DNA from: Azolla caroliniana
Taxonomy: Eukaryota; Plantae; Polypodiophyta
Length of the DNA stretch: 64,000 nt
Reading direction: 5' to 3'
NCBI GenBank assembly: GCA_043228905.1
Contig: JBHGNT010000009.1
Coordinates: forward strand, 18,848,001-18,912,000
How positions within the stretch are numbered: position 1 is the first letter of the stretch; each line of letters begins with the position of its first letter. The position numbers and the translations under genes were made by a program. Below are positions 24,538 through 37,500 of this stretch, piece after piece. The notes beneath the pieces are model-generated. The model saw only the letters and a program-made list of their open reading frames with translations. It was not told the DNA's origin and did not search any database.

Positions 24538-27057
24538 ACTGTGACAAAATCCATCCAAGTATCGGGCAATTTCCCCAAAGTTCGAAGCCCACGCCACCAG
24601 GCGGAGGTCTTACCCCCTAGTTCTCGGCTGACATATGCAATTTTGTACTATCTGGCGTGGGATAGAGCTCAAAATGAGACTCCCATCGGCCCAGCCACGT
24701 GCAGATTGCTTCTTCGGTTCTTTCCTTTTTTTCTCCTATAAATGGCTTAACGACAAACGATGGTTCACCCTGTCGCTCATCAGCTCTATTAGTCTCATGT
24801 TGTAAACTAATGACACGTAACTAAGGTATTGGGTTATTTGCGAAAAATACATCTCAATGGACATTTGTCCAAGACGATTTCCTTGAGTTCCTGCTGCTTG
24901 AGTTGATGACATTGGGTCGTTATTTTGAGCCATTAAATGATTATTTCTGGCAAAGAAATAGGATAAGGTTAGACAAATAGTCATAACATCATGTCGTGAT
25001 GTAAACATATCCTGGGCAAACATTAATCAATATCATGATCTCACGTCAATACCCCTCTAGACGTATGAGATGAGGTTCAAGATCAGGTTACTATGGTAAC
25101 ACAAAGGTGTTTTAAAAACCATGGGGGTGACAAATTAATGTCTTTCCCTGATCTCTATATCGATTTTTTCATGGCGGCTCCTCGAGGCTCAACCATGTAT
25201 GTCCGCGTCATGAGTAGTTTATACACGAAAAAAATGTTAACAATAAACTATGTTTCTGTGCCCACATATGTGGTTTCGGCTCTTTAAGTCCTATTATGAG
25301 GACCCCGAAGTGCACTTAGACTTCAAGTCTAAACATGTGTGATAGTCATATGTATCAACAATGTTGTATGGTCTTGGTCATATATGAACTCGAGACCTCG
25401 AGGACAAATGCATTAAACACTTGAGCCAACCAAGTAGGTTGCTCTTCTTGAATGTTTAATGTTTCATGCGTATAAGAGATATGCGAGGCATTTGCCCATA
25501 TATGTTTTTTTTAAAAGAAACATATATGTCAAGAGTCCTTATTTCCCCCTAGTTTACTACAAAATATGTTGGTACGTTACCTAACCTCAAGTCTCGTAAT
25601 TACGATGGCATACGCCAAAGTGCAACCTAATGGTCAAGCCAAATGAGCCCTCTTTTCGTAGTAGGCCCACGTGGCCCATCACATGGTCACGTCATTACGA
25701 ATGCCTCTCGTAAGAATGATCTCATGGTGGCATCGTATCCATGTAATGAGGGAGGGATGTTGGATACGTGTGTCATAAGAGCGACCTCACATGAAGTAGG
25801 TCAAGCCATACGTACTCAAAATCATTATGGCTATAGCGTTTCCTTACGTAATGAAATATCAAAGTCACCAACGGGGATTTCAACAATAAAAAATTGTTGA
25901 AAAAAGGGATGGTGACAACGCTATTCTCACAAAAATGTGAGGATGGCCACCAATATCGTTTCCCCGGAAAGGAAAACATTTGATTTAAAATCACGTAATA
26001 ACTTATATACACATATGTATATTATCACATATATACGATCAACTACGTATACATGTGACCACATATGCCTATATTAAAGAAATCGTTATATTTAATAGCC
26101 AAAAGTGACGTAATCGAGATATGTAATCGAGGCATATACCTCTACGCACATGAGACATCCAATAATAAGGGTTCAACGTAATACGCAATTGAGGTATTGA
26201 CCTCTTACACATACGAGACCAAACGCATATCATTTACAACAAAATCGAGGTGTTGACCTCATACGCAAACGTAACATATGTTCGTGAACGTAATACGTAA
26301 TTGAGGTATTAACCTCATATGCATACGACACTCATCACATATTATTTATATGTCAAACGAGGTATTGACCTCGTGCACATATGTAAGCGTTTTAGATAAC
26401 CAATTAAATACCACTACAACATCATTTAATTAATGAAAATAATTTACATATTAACCATACACATGATTAGATGGGAGAAGAAAAAATAAACAAAAAATAA
26501 CAAGAAAGATTGCCGAAGTTCCTTGTTGATCCTTGTCTACATGAAGGCCAACCACACAACAATCGATCGCCATCCATCGAGAAGATAAGACCAACAAAAG
26601 AAACATTAGTACAAAGGCTCAGATACCAAATATTAGAGACATGTACTAAAGTAAGCATTAGATAAGGATAGATCTAGGTAGATAGAAAGAAAGGAGAGAG
26701 AGAAAGAAGGGTGTCGATCCACCCGACCACCCCCCAACGAAGGGATCGAGACGGACTCGAGCCTCGATCGGCGTCCCATACCACCGCCGTGGCGTCGAGT
26801 CGTACCTGGTGCTGGCGCGCTCGCTACAAGAGTTGACCCACCACAAGACAGAGTCTCGACGTAGTCAACCTCATGATCAAATGAGGGTAGCTAGGCCTCT
26901 TATTCATAGCGATACCCAAGGCCCCCAACCATGTTCACACTTGGCCTAATGGGTTGTTTCAATCCTGAGGATTAAAAGTAATCCTCCCCTTCTTTACACT
27001 CTCGTTTAACCCTCACACTTATCCACGTGTATGGAATACTACGGTAAATTCTCACCA

Positions 27058-28670
27058 TGACTATCTCTCTGACCTTATCCTATTTCTTTTCCAGAAATAA
27101 TCATTTAATGGCTCAAAATAACGACCCGATGTCATCCGCTCAAGCGGAAGGAACTCAAGGGAATCCTCCTGGACAAATGTCCATTGAGATGTATTTTTCG
27201 CAAATAACCCAATACCTTAGTTTCACCGCTCAACAGATGACCGAACTTCGGCAATCTCAAAGTGCTCTCGAGGCACGTGTCATTAGTCTACAACGTGAGA
27301 CTAATAGACGTGATGAGCGACAAGGTGAACCATCGTTTGTCGTTAAGCCATTTAGGGGAGACAAAAAGGAAAGAACCGAAGAAGCAATCTGCACGTGACT
27401 GGGCCGATGGGAGTCTCATTTTGAGCTCTATCCCACGCTAGATAGTACGAAGATTGCATATGTCGGCCGAGAACTAGGGGGTAAGGCCGCCGCTTGGTGG
27501 CATGGGCTCCGTACTTTGGGGAAATTGCCCGATACCTGGACAGATTTTGTCACAGTTTTCAAGGGCCAATTTCTACAACCTCCCTCTCGAACCAAGGCAA
27601 CACAAGCTTTAATGAACCTCTCTAGCAGGAAGTTTTCCTCACTAGAAGACTATGTCCACCATGCTAGAACCCAAATCCAAAAATCGGGTCTAGAAGGGGA
27701 CAATTGGTTAATAGCTTGTTTTATCAATGGCATCCCCAATTCGTACTATCACTTGATAGTGCACGATATGGATCCAAAATCCTTCGAAGAGGCCGTTGAA
27801 ATAGTTCTTCTCTATCAACGAAGGACCACAATAAACACAACGAAGCGCCCGGGACTAAGCAGTCGCAATTCGCTGGGAAACGCAAGACACCCAATGAATT
27901 CATGGATCACGATTGTAAGCGACAACATCCTTTTTGCGTATTCTGCAAAAAGAAGGGTCATACAAAAGATCAATGTCGAAAGCTCCAACGCAAAGAGCAC
28001 GACAACAAAACTAAACCTGCAGACCATAAAGCTCAGATTCCTAATGTCCTTCAGGTCTATACACATCATTTAAGTAATTGTCAATGTTCTTTCCCTCACT
28101 ATGTATTGGGTACCAATGATTTACTATGTGCAAATGAGTATATATCAATGGATCTCCGGTACAATTTTTATTTGATTCGGGAAGCTCACACAACTTTGTG
28201 AATGATCGTTTGGTTCAGATATGGGGAATCCAACCCATCGTAAGTGATCACACCTATACGGTGCACTTGGCTGATGGAAGAGTACAATACATCAACGGGG
28301 CGATTCATTCATTAGGAATTTCTATTGACACTTATATAGAGGAAGTAGACTTCCATGTAATGAATCTTTGTACCACCGATGTAATATTAGGTTATCCCTA
28401 GTTCTATAATAAAAGCTCTTCTTTATCTATTGATTGTGTTCATCATTCAATAACATTTGTACTAAACGATTATACTCATTTTATTCAATGTGTAAAAAAA
28501 CAATCCCTCTCGATTGTTTCCTCATGTCCATCAATATCCGAGTTGTCTTGTTCTACTCTATTTTATTGTGTACTTGATCCAGACATTCACGTTTAAAATA
28601 TCGATAATGTCTCGGTTCAATTAACATATTTTGAACAACAACAACTTGATGAAATCTTAAATGATTTTCG
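27058..28670 (+). mobile_element. second copy of the same gypsy family (gag-PR), inverted and truncated
   Basis: MAQNNDPMSS.., CVFCKKKGH, LFDSGSSHNF; reverse complement of 22850-24983. Confidence 0.88.
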
Positions 28671-30790
28671 TACCGGACCTGGCAATGCTCAGGTGGATAG
28701 CGTACATCGTCCCTGAATCCGGAAATTCGACACATTTCCGGAAAAAACAACGCCCCGGCCGACATGCTTTCGAGGGCGAGATTCGAAGATGAGGATGACA
28801 TGGTTTCGGAGCACGAGGAAGTCGGCGTGGAATTCTTCGAGTTGGCTTACGTAATGACAAGGGAGGGGAGCACTCCGGCGCTTAACGAGTTCGACGAGAG
28901 CAAGTACGACAGGGAGTGGCTCCGGATTGGTGGGTTCCTGAAGACAATGACACCGGACGCGGCGTGGACAAAGGAGGCCAACCGGATTCGGAAGAGAGCG
29001 TACTGATTCTTCCTACGGGATGGGGGCATTTGGAAACACCCAAAGAAGAGAAATGGCGTTCCGCTCCGAGTCGTGGCGAAGAAAGAGGAATAGGAGGAAT
29101 TGCTGGTGGTGTAGCACGAAAGTCCCTGGGCCAGACACCGCGGGACGTGGGCCACATTCAAGAAGCTGAAGGGGAAGTACTGGTGGCCGGGATGTGCATC
29201 GGTTCGTGACGACTTGCGAAAGTTGTCAGGTGCACTCCAGAGTCCGACATCGGGACGAGCTTCACCCGACCTACCCTCCGACTATCCACTTCAAATGGAT
29301 GGTGGACTTGGTGACGATGCCGATGGGGGTAGGGCAGATGCGATACCTGGTGCTGGCACGGGAGGACCTGACAAACTAGGTGGAAGGCCGAGCACTGATG
29401 AACAAAAGGACCGCAACTGTGTGCTGATTTCTGATCGAAGAGGTGGTATGCCGGTACGGGTGCATAGGGAAGATCATAGCCGACCGCGGAGAACTGGATG
29501 CACAAGAGGCTGAAGACCTATTTGACCGGCTAAGGGTTCAACTCTCGCTCACCGCGACGTACAATCTGGAGGCGAACGGGCAGGTGGAACATGGACACGG
29601 GCTGATCGTCAAAGTGTTAGTGCGGGCATGTGGAGGCCAAGTTGGAAATTGGCCGTGACTCTTGCCCTATGCGTTGTGGGCTGACCGAACTACACACAGT
29701 TCGGTAACCGGGTTCATGCCAACAGAGTTGATGTATGGGCAGAGGCCGGACATGCCAATGGAGCGAACGATCTCCTCATGGACTGCGGTGGACTGGAAAA
29801 ACGAGATGAGCCGGGAGGAGCTGTTACCGGCGGATCCGGCAGCTCGAGCGAAGACCGGAGGATGTGGAATGAGCCGTGGAGAAGCTATGGGGGGCGAGGA
29901 TGAAGAACAAAGAATGATTTGACATGACCCACTGGCTACGACCGAAGAAAATCGAGGAAGGCAACTGGGTTCTAGTATATGACAGCAGCCTCGACAACCA
30001 GCACAAGGCGATGCGGAAGTTCGCAAGGAGGTGGTTCAGGCCTTATGTGGTGACATGCGCCAACGACAATGGGACCTACCATCTCGCGGAGCTTGACGGG
30101 ACGAGGATGGTAGTACCGGTGGTGGGAAAAAGGATCAAAGTGTTCAAAAGGTGGCACGAGGATGACCTCGACCCGGACGACTTGGATAGCGAGGACGACC
30201 GGCTCAGAGCGAGTGGCGATCCGGAGGATGAAGGGTAAGCGCGGGCCAGTCTTCTCCGGCAAGAGTCTATTTTGGCGCATACTGGTGGATGTGCGGTTAG
30301 GTGGGGGTGGATGTCGTGGAGAAAACCGTCCCTAGGCAGAATCGGAGAATAATGTGCGCGAACTGGCCCTTGTACGTAGGCACAAGTTTTGTTGTAATAT
30401 ATATATTTAGGTACAAGTCGGCTGATGTCAATAACCTACGTAGCACGCATTTGTTAGGTAGAAAATCAAGGCGTATCTTTGTTCGAAAGGACAAAGAATA
30501 AAGACAATGTAACGGGTTGTAACGGCCTCCCTCCTTGGGCTATAAAAGAGAGGGAGAGGAATGGTAATGGGGATCGCTTTTGTCGAGGACGAAGTGTTGT
30601 CGGATTGGGACCGAACTCTTCTCCTTCGTCTTTCTCTGTGTTTGCGTTGTGCAGGTTTTCGGGAGGCTGACTCTGCTCCGCGGAATACCTGAGTCCTTCT
30701 AGTAGAGTCTCCATCTCGCGTCCGTGTGCGTGTGTGCGTGTAGGTGTCAGAGCTTGTCGTTCACCGGCCCACCGGTTGTAACCCCTTTCA
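28671..30790 (+). mobile_element. non-chromovirus Ty3/gypsy 3' part (RH end, integrase, PPT, 3' LTR 30312-30790)
   Basis: CESCQ zinc finger, WMVDLVTMP, ADRGE, LPYALWADRTT, W.RPY; PPT AGGTGGGGGTGGA immediately before TG. Confidence 0.82.
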
Positions 30791-30977
30791 TCTGATATAT
30801 ATATATATATATACATCCACACATTCATCTTGTTTCAATCGGTTGCGATTTCTGTGTATTTGTGTGTGTGCAAAGCACGACCGTTGTCTTTCCTGCTCCC
30901 CTCCGGCTCTCTTTTTCCTCGGACCAAGACCCTCGTGGTCCTGCCTCGTTCTACACGAACGCGCGTAATAACGCGAC

Positions 30978-31984
30978 AACGTATACATGTGAGCACATAT
31001 GAATACATTAAACAAATTGTTACATCAAATAGCCAACAATTATGTAATCGAGATACGCAATCGAGGCATATTCCCTCTACGCACACGAAACATCCAAAAA
31101 TAAGGGTTCATCGTGATACGCAATTGGGGTATTGACCTCTTACACATACGAGACCAAACGCATATCATTTACAACAAAATCGAGGTATTGACCTCATACG
31201 CATACGTAACATATGTATGTGAGCATAATACGCAATTGAGGTATTAACCTCATGCGCATACGACACTAATCACATATTCAATATATGTGAAATGAGGTAT
31301 TGACCTCATACACATATGTAAACGTTTTATACAACCAATTAATTAGCTCTACAACATCATTAAATTAATGAAAACAATTACATATAGACTATACACATGA
31401 TTAGATGGGAGAAGAAAAAATAGAATAAGGAAAGAGTTACCGAAGTTTCTTTGTTGATCGTTGTCTGGATCAAGGCCGACCGCACATCGATCGATCACCA
31501 TCAATCAACAAGACAAAAGACAACAAAAGAAACATTAGAATATAGGCTCTAAAACCAACTATTAGAGACATGAACTAATGTAAGCATAAAATAAGGATAA
31601 AAGATAGATCTAGATAGAAAGGAGAGAGAGAAAGAAGGGTGCCGATCCACCCGACCACCCCCGAGCGAAGGGATCAAGACGGACTCGAGCCTCGATCGGC
31701 GTCCGATACCACCATCGTGGCGTCGAGTCGTACCTGGTGTTGGCGTGTTCACTACAAGAGTTGACCCACCACAAGACAGAGTGTCGATGTAGTCAACAAG
31801 AAAATGAAATGAGGGTAGCTAGGCCTCTTATTTATAGCGATACCCAAGGCCCCCAAGCAAGTTCACACTTGGCCTAATGGGTTGTCTCAATCCCAAGGAT
31901 TAAAAGTAATCCTCCCCTTCTTTACACTCTCATTTAACCCTCACACTTATGCACGTGTATAGAATACTACGGTAAATTCTCACC
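30978..31984 (-). repeat. partial LTR of the gypsy family at 22273-27057
   Basis: Direct repeat of ~26045-27057 ending ctcacca; minus-strand TATAAATA near 31830. Confidence 0.85.
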
Positions 31985-32725
31985 ACGGGATATTATATGG
32001 TCATGCCCGTAACAACCCGAGTATTTATGTGAGCGCAATGACATTGCTTTTTCCAATGTAGGGGTATCACTTGTAACCAAGGATATTGCCGAAAAAGAGA
32101 AATCATTATCCATAATTGAGAGAGACTTTTGTTTTGATATATCCTCCTCATAGATTCCTAAAGATAACTGCTTCTCACAATCCATGACAACACCCGAATA
32201 ATCAATCTGTCGCCCCTTATCCTGAGGCACCGAGTGAGGTAAGAGTTGAAGGATCTGCTTACCTTTATCCCCCAATTGGCTACCTTTGTGCAACACACTA
32301 AATGAAACCTCTAACTTATGATGGCTTGTAGGGGAGACCTTAGAAGTAATTTCTTTCACCGTCAAGATTTCATGATCCTGCTTCTGGGATGATGGAATTT
32401 GCACTTTTGAAGCGACTTTATTCACATTCCTTGAATTATTTTGAGAAGAAATATCCCTATCTTCATCGCGATTCAAATTATTATATGGTTTACAGTCCAA
32501 TAAAAATATAGAATTGACCGGCGAGTGTTGTTGTTTAAAAGTATGCTTAGCTGCTAGGGGAGTCCAGTCGGATCTCTCCGGCTTAGAAGTCGATTTTGAG
32601 GCCTCCTCTAATCGATAACGTCTATGAGGACAATCCTTCCCTAAATGCCCAAAATGTTTGCATATAAATCAAACACGTTCGCATTCACAAGTGGAAGGAT
32701 TGCGCATTCCACTTGTAGATTCCTT
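31985..32725 (-). pseudogene. degenerate zinc-knuckle ORF, probably an L1-type LINE ORF1 remnant
   Basis: ..ICKHFGHLGKDCPHRR.. followed by a low-complexity Ser/Lys-rich ORF. Confidence 0.5.
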
Positions 32726-33312
32726 TTGTAAATATCCATGTATACTCTCTCTACAAAAATTGGATGCACTAGTATCACATGTTCCACAACTTGATAAGAA
32801 TTTGCAAAATTAATAAAACATGATAGGTTTCCGAGTGGAGAACATGTAAAATTCAGTTAAGTTTAGAATTGTTGATATGTTAATGCGATTATAATAAAGT
32901 TCAACAATGGCTCAATATCACACTTTTGTGCGACATGGCAAACACTCAAATGAAGACTTATATTTGTTTAGTAAGTTAGCCAAAAAATACAAGGTGCAAT
33001 TGTATCCATGTTAATAAAATGAGTTATAATTTATAGTTTGACCCATACTCATATGTATATAATTGTTCGCAATGCAATTATAGTGAAACTTAAGATAACA
33101 TGATTGAAATAACAAACTTATTAAGGCTTTCAATACTTTTGTTTAAAGTTGATGCAATCTAATCCTTAGGTGATTCTTATGGGATCGAACTCCGAAGGAT
33201 AACACTAGTTAAACTACAAGCATATGAAACATGTGGATATTGATAAGAGGTGTACTCCAAGGTTGTGCAACTAATGGGACAGTGTGGCATCGACTATTAA
33301 CACACTACCCAA

Positions 33313-34168
33313 TGTAACTGTGAAGTCAAGTTTTGCTCATAAGAGAAGACCATGGCAGATACATCAAATACTAAGGTGTATAAGAATAAAGCACAATGAA
33401 AGGTTTAAGAGTTAAAAGACGAATAAAATTGAAGGGATGTGAAGTTAGAAGCGTTTTCCAAAAGTAGAAAAAGCAGGAAAAAAGGAAAAAAGGAAAAAAC
33501 GTATAAAAAAGCAGAGAAAGCAAGGTAGAGAAAAAAGCTCATAACTTATTCATCTCATGTCCAAATTTCAAAAGAAAAGATTTGTAAGAAAGATGACAAT
33601 GAGAGCTTTCTTGTATGATAAATTTGGATGACAAACCAGAAATAATGATATGAAAAACGCATCACACAAACTTGAGGAATAAGAAAAAAGCAAGAATAAC
33701 GCAACTAAAAACCTATAAATATGAGGTTATTCCTTGCAATAGAGGGAGAGGAATAGAATATCTACAAGAAGAAGTGACAAAGAATAAGAAGATTAGAAGA
33801 AGTGAGAAGAAGATTAGTTGAAGAAAGAGAGAAGAAGGAAAGACTATTTTGGCTAATAGTATATTGAAGTAGTTATTTGGGGTTGTTACTTTTGGAGTCT
33901 AAGAGGATTGTATTGTTTTCCTAATAGTACATTGAAGTATTCTTTTCTCTTCCTCTTCCTCTTCTCTCTCTCTTTTCTTTCTCTCATAATCAGTAAGCAG
34001 CAATGGTAGACAAACAAACATAATAGTTTGATAATTATGAACACACTACACATTCTAAGCAGCAATAGAAGACAAATAACCATAATATATGGAAAATTAT
34101 ATATTAGCAGTTTGACAGTCTCAACAAACGATCTCAATTAATGACATGGACAGTCTTGACGACCATTC
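33313..34168 (+). repeat. possible solo LTR
   Basis: TG..CA; CCTATAAATA at ~33712 followed by GA-rich and CT-rich blocks; no TSD found. Confidence 0.35.
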
Positions 34169-34587
34169 AATGGGGACAATATGTTTAGGTAAAGTTTGAC
34201 TTAGAAGATTGTCACTATCAATGAGTCATGTATCTTGATGCTAGAAATCAGCCTTAAGGTTAACTAATTCATGTTTCTCCATATTAGAGACAACAATGGA
34301 TGCCATACATTAGGCTTAAGGTTAAGTAAATCATGTTTCTCCACATTACAGTCAACAACATATGCGCAAAATCTGGCTTAAGGTTAAGTAAAGTTCCCTT
34401 ACACAATAATTGAATAACATTCATATCGTTTAATTTTCCGAAGTCATAAGTCAAGAAACCAAGTATATAGGAATATAATTGAAACATATAAAAGAATGTA
34501 AACAATGGAGTACACCAATGGAAGAACCCAAATTTTGTATTAGTGCTTGGAATTCATAAGCTTACACTTCATCAACAAAACATTCTA

Positions 34588-37500
34588 TTACATAGCAATT
34601 AAATCATCATAAGCTATCTGTGCATTGTCTTCCCCGGTTAGCCGAGCAACCGTAAGATCTTCTATAAGCTTTTCATCAAGCTCAATTAGCTCCCTCGGTT
34701 CCCAAGTTAACAGAGGAAGGCTCTCGGGAAGCCATTGAAACCTTTTTGTATCAACGACGTGCTTAACACCGACCTCCTCGTCCTGGTCTAAGCATTCCCA
34801 CAAGGCCTTAATCCTCATATTTATAAATATAACTTGATCCTTGTCCTTCTCCAATGCTACAGTATTTCTGAAGAGCTTCAATGCGCATGCAGACATTGTC
34901 CCTGTAAAGAAAGGGGCAAAAAGACTTAGTTATTGTCAAAACCTTTCTGTATCAACGATATGCTTAATTTCGACCTCCTCGTCTTGGTATGGGCATTCCC
35001 ACAAGGCCCTCATATTTATAAATATAACCAAGTCCTCGTCCTTCTCCAATGCTACGATATTTCTGAAGAGCTTCAATGCACATACAAACGTTTTCCTTGT
35101 AAAGAAAGGGGCAACAACGTAAATCCAGTTCGAAGAATACCTGTGCTAGAAAATAGGTCTAATATCCAATCTCCTTCTATTGAGAACATTTCGATCAAGC
35201 ACATCATAAGTCGTTCAAGTTTTTGTTATGGGTTGACAAGTCCCCATTCTATTGTGGTGATATGTCGCAATTTCCGTGTGAATGTTGGATATACCAACAG
35301 GTTTGAACCTCCAACTTCATTAGAATGCTCCTTGATTCTTTGTTTCTTTATTTCGTCGAAGTAGACAACCGTAATGTACTCAATTGCATTTACAAACCGA
35401 AAGGTTGGTCCTCTTTGACGTTGGTTTTTATCCTATAACGAATATTGGGTGAGTTAAGAATAGATTCAATAAATTATGAGCGAAAGTATTGCATGTGAAA
35501 ATTATAAAGAATCCTTACCAAGCAAGGTTCTGGATGCCGTGGCAACAAGATGACAACGCTTGAGCTACCGAGTACCCTTGGTCCATACTATGAAACACAA
35601 TTATCCTCCACAAGGATGCAATTGTTAGCTCAACAAAATCCTTAACCATTTTTTCTAATTGTTTGAACCTGAAAGGTTCATCGTCATATGATGATCCAAC
35701 CATTCGAAATCCATAAGGAATATCTGCAATCAATAGTGTATAGTCTTTCTTTGGCACTTTCTAGATCATCTCTACGACATCGCCACATATCACATTATAG
35801 TAGAGATCTTTTGTAATGTCTTTCTTGTGGGTAAATTTTCTGAAGGAGCCATCCTCTTCAATTTCATACGCTTTGACTAAACGACGATCTTTTTCTTTTC
35901 TGGCTCTCCTTGACTTCTCCTGGTTTTTTGCCACGACATGGTTTCTAATAGAGACAATAAGGCATCGAGTATTAATACACAACATCCACATATTAAGAAA
36001 ACATTATTATAAAGAAGAATACTAACCAAATCCTTGAATGCAATAAAATACTCAGTTAATGCCTTATATGAAGACGTCAATGGGTAATCCTCAATCACTT
36101 GTTCCCAAGTTATACATCCAAGTTGTTTCATCATAACTTCTTGGATCTTCATATATACCTTATGACTATGAAATCATCAATAGAAATTAGAACTTTATAT
36201 AAAACCATATCTGTTTCATTTAACTATTTGAGAAGACTTACTTGTTGAACTTAGTGACCATCTCTTCGAGGCTCAATTCTTTGGCCACAACCCTTGACAA
36301 CACAGACACCAAAAGTTGCTCATCCTTAATGCCTTGCATTGCTCTCCATAGAGATAGCTTCATGTCGTCGTCCGCTTCTTCAATTGTCAGGTCGATTTTC
36401 TTCGCTATTTGTGTAATTTCAATTCGAGCTGGGGGTCTAGTTTACATCTCTTTTGCCATTGACCCTTGACCTCCTTATTCTCCCACATTGAAAAAATTTG
36501 ATCCTGAAGTTCCCAAACTTCCCCATCTCTAAAGGGAAGTTGAAACCATGACTCTTACTTGTGAAGACCATCTGACTTAACATTATCGTCAATAACAATA
36601 CTGACCTCATGAAGACATTGACGTTGTAGTTCGGGGTGTAGCCTTACCCCAAACTTTTGTTTGATGTCCAAGTACTCATAGTGGAAGAACCTTATCCACT
36701 CGATGGATACCATTTTTTGCGGGTAGTCATTATCATTGTTGTGGTCCCATGCCAAGAGTTTTGCCTCTTTAGTTGTGAGGCCCATGTATATGTTGCACTT
36801 GGCATACTTGAAGGAGAAAGTGGTTGGGTGCTCTCTTACAAGCTGTTGTCGTGTTTCAGCCAAATGTGATCTACCAATTACAAAGTAATTGTATTGATCG
36901 TGCTTTCTCACATCAAAACCCTCAATTGTGGAATAGTCGTCAGGATCCACCATTACGATAAAGGGTACAACTATCGCATGTGGATTTATTTTCATTTTCT
37001 TCTTGAGATTTTGAACATGCATTCAATGTGGCTCTCTAATCTCAAGTGGTCTTCGTCTTGTATGAATATCTACTGGTGGCCTATGAATGATTGTTATGGG
37101 CAAATTGAAGACTTGACCTCTTCTCACCCGTTTCTTTTGCATTACCTCTCTTCGAATCTTATTTTGCTAAGAAGAAAAAACACCGAATGCTAGCTCAACA
37201 CCTGGCGTCGCCCTAGTTTCCTCATCATCACTTCAGCTTGACGATTCGGAGTCTGACATCTTTGTCATCTCGATTGCACTTTTGAGACCCTTTTTGGGGC
37301 CTCTATCAGGGATGGCGAGACATCCCTTAGAGTTACGTGGCCTTGTATATATGGTCTTAATGTTATTATTAGATTTTGTGAAGTCTCAATGACGAGTTTA
37401 AAAGATTCATGACCATAAGAATCCTTAACAAGCCGATCTTCAGAGAGGAACATTTTATGGACTCCCTTCGAGGAAGTCCACCATTACAATAAGATTGAGG

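Larger units (their letters stand above)
22273..27057 (-). mobile_element. Ty3/gypsy chromovirus-type element, 5' part (long LTR/leader, gag, PR, RT)
   Basis: RT motifs [49 protein letters not shown]; PR LFDSG; gag MAQNNDP at ~24933; LTR-like block ending at 27057 is repeated at 30978-31984. Confidence 0.85.

Noticed and set aside
27820-27910. Programmed frameshift in gypsy gag
   Set aside because: The inverted sister copy has about 10 extra nt here and stays in frame, so this is a deletion
32726-34587. Left TIR of the Sola-like element
   Set aside because: No partner end is available in the window to confirm any candidate; boundary left undefined
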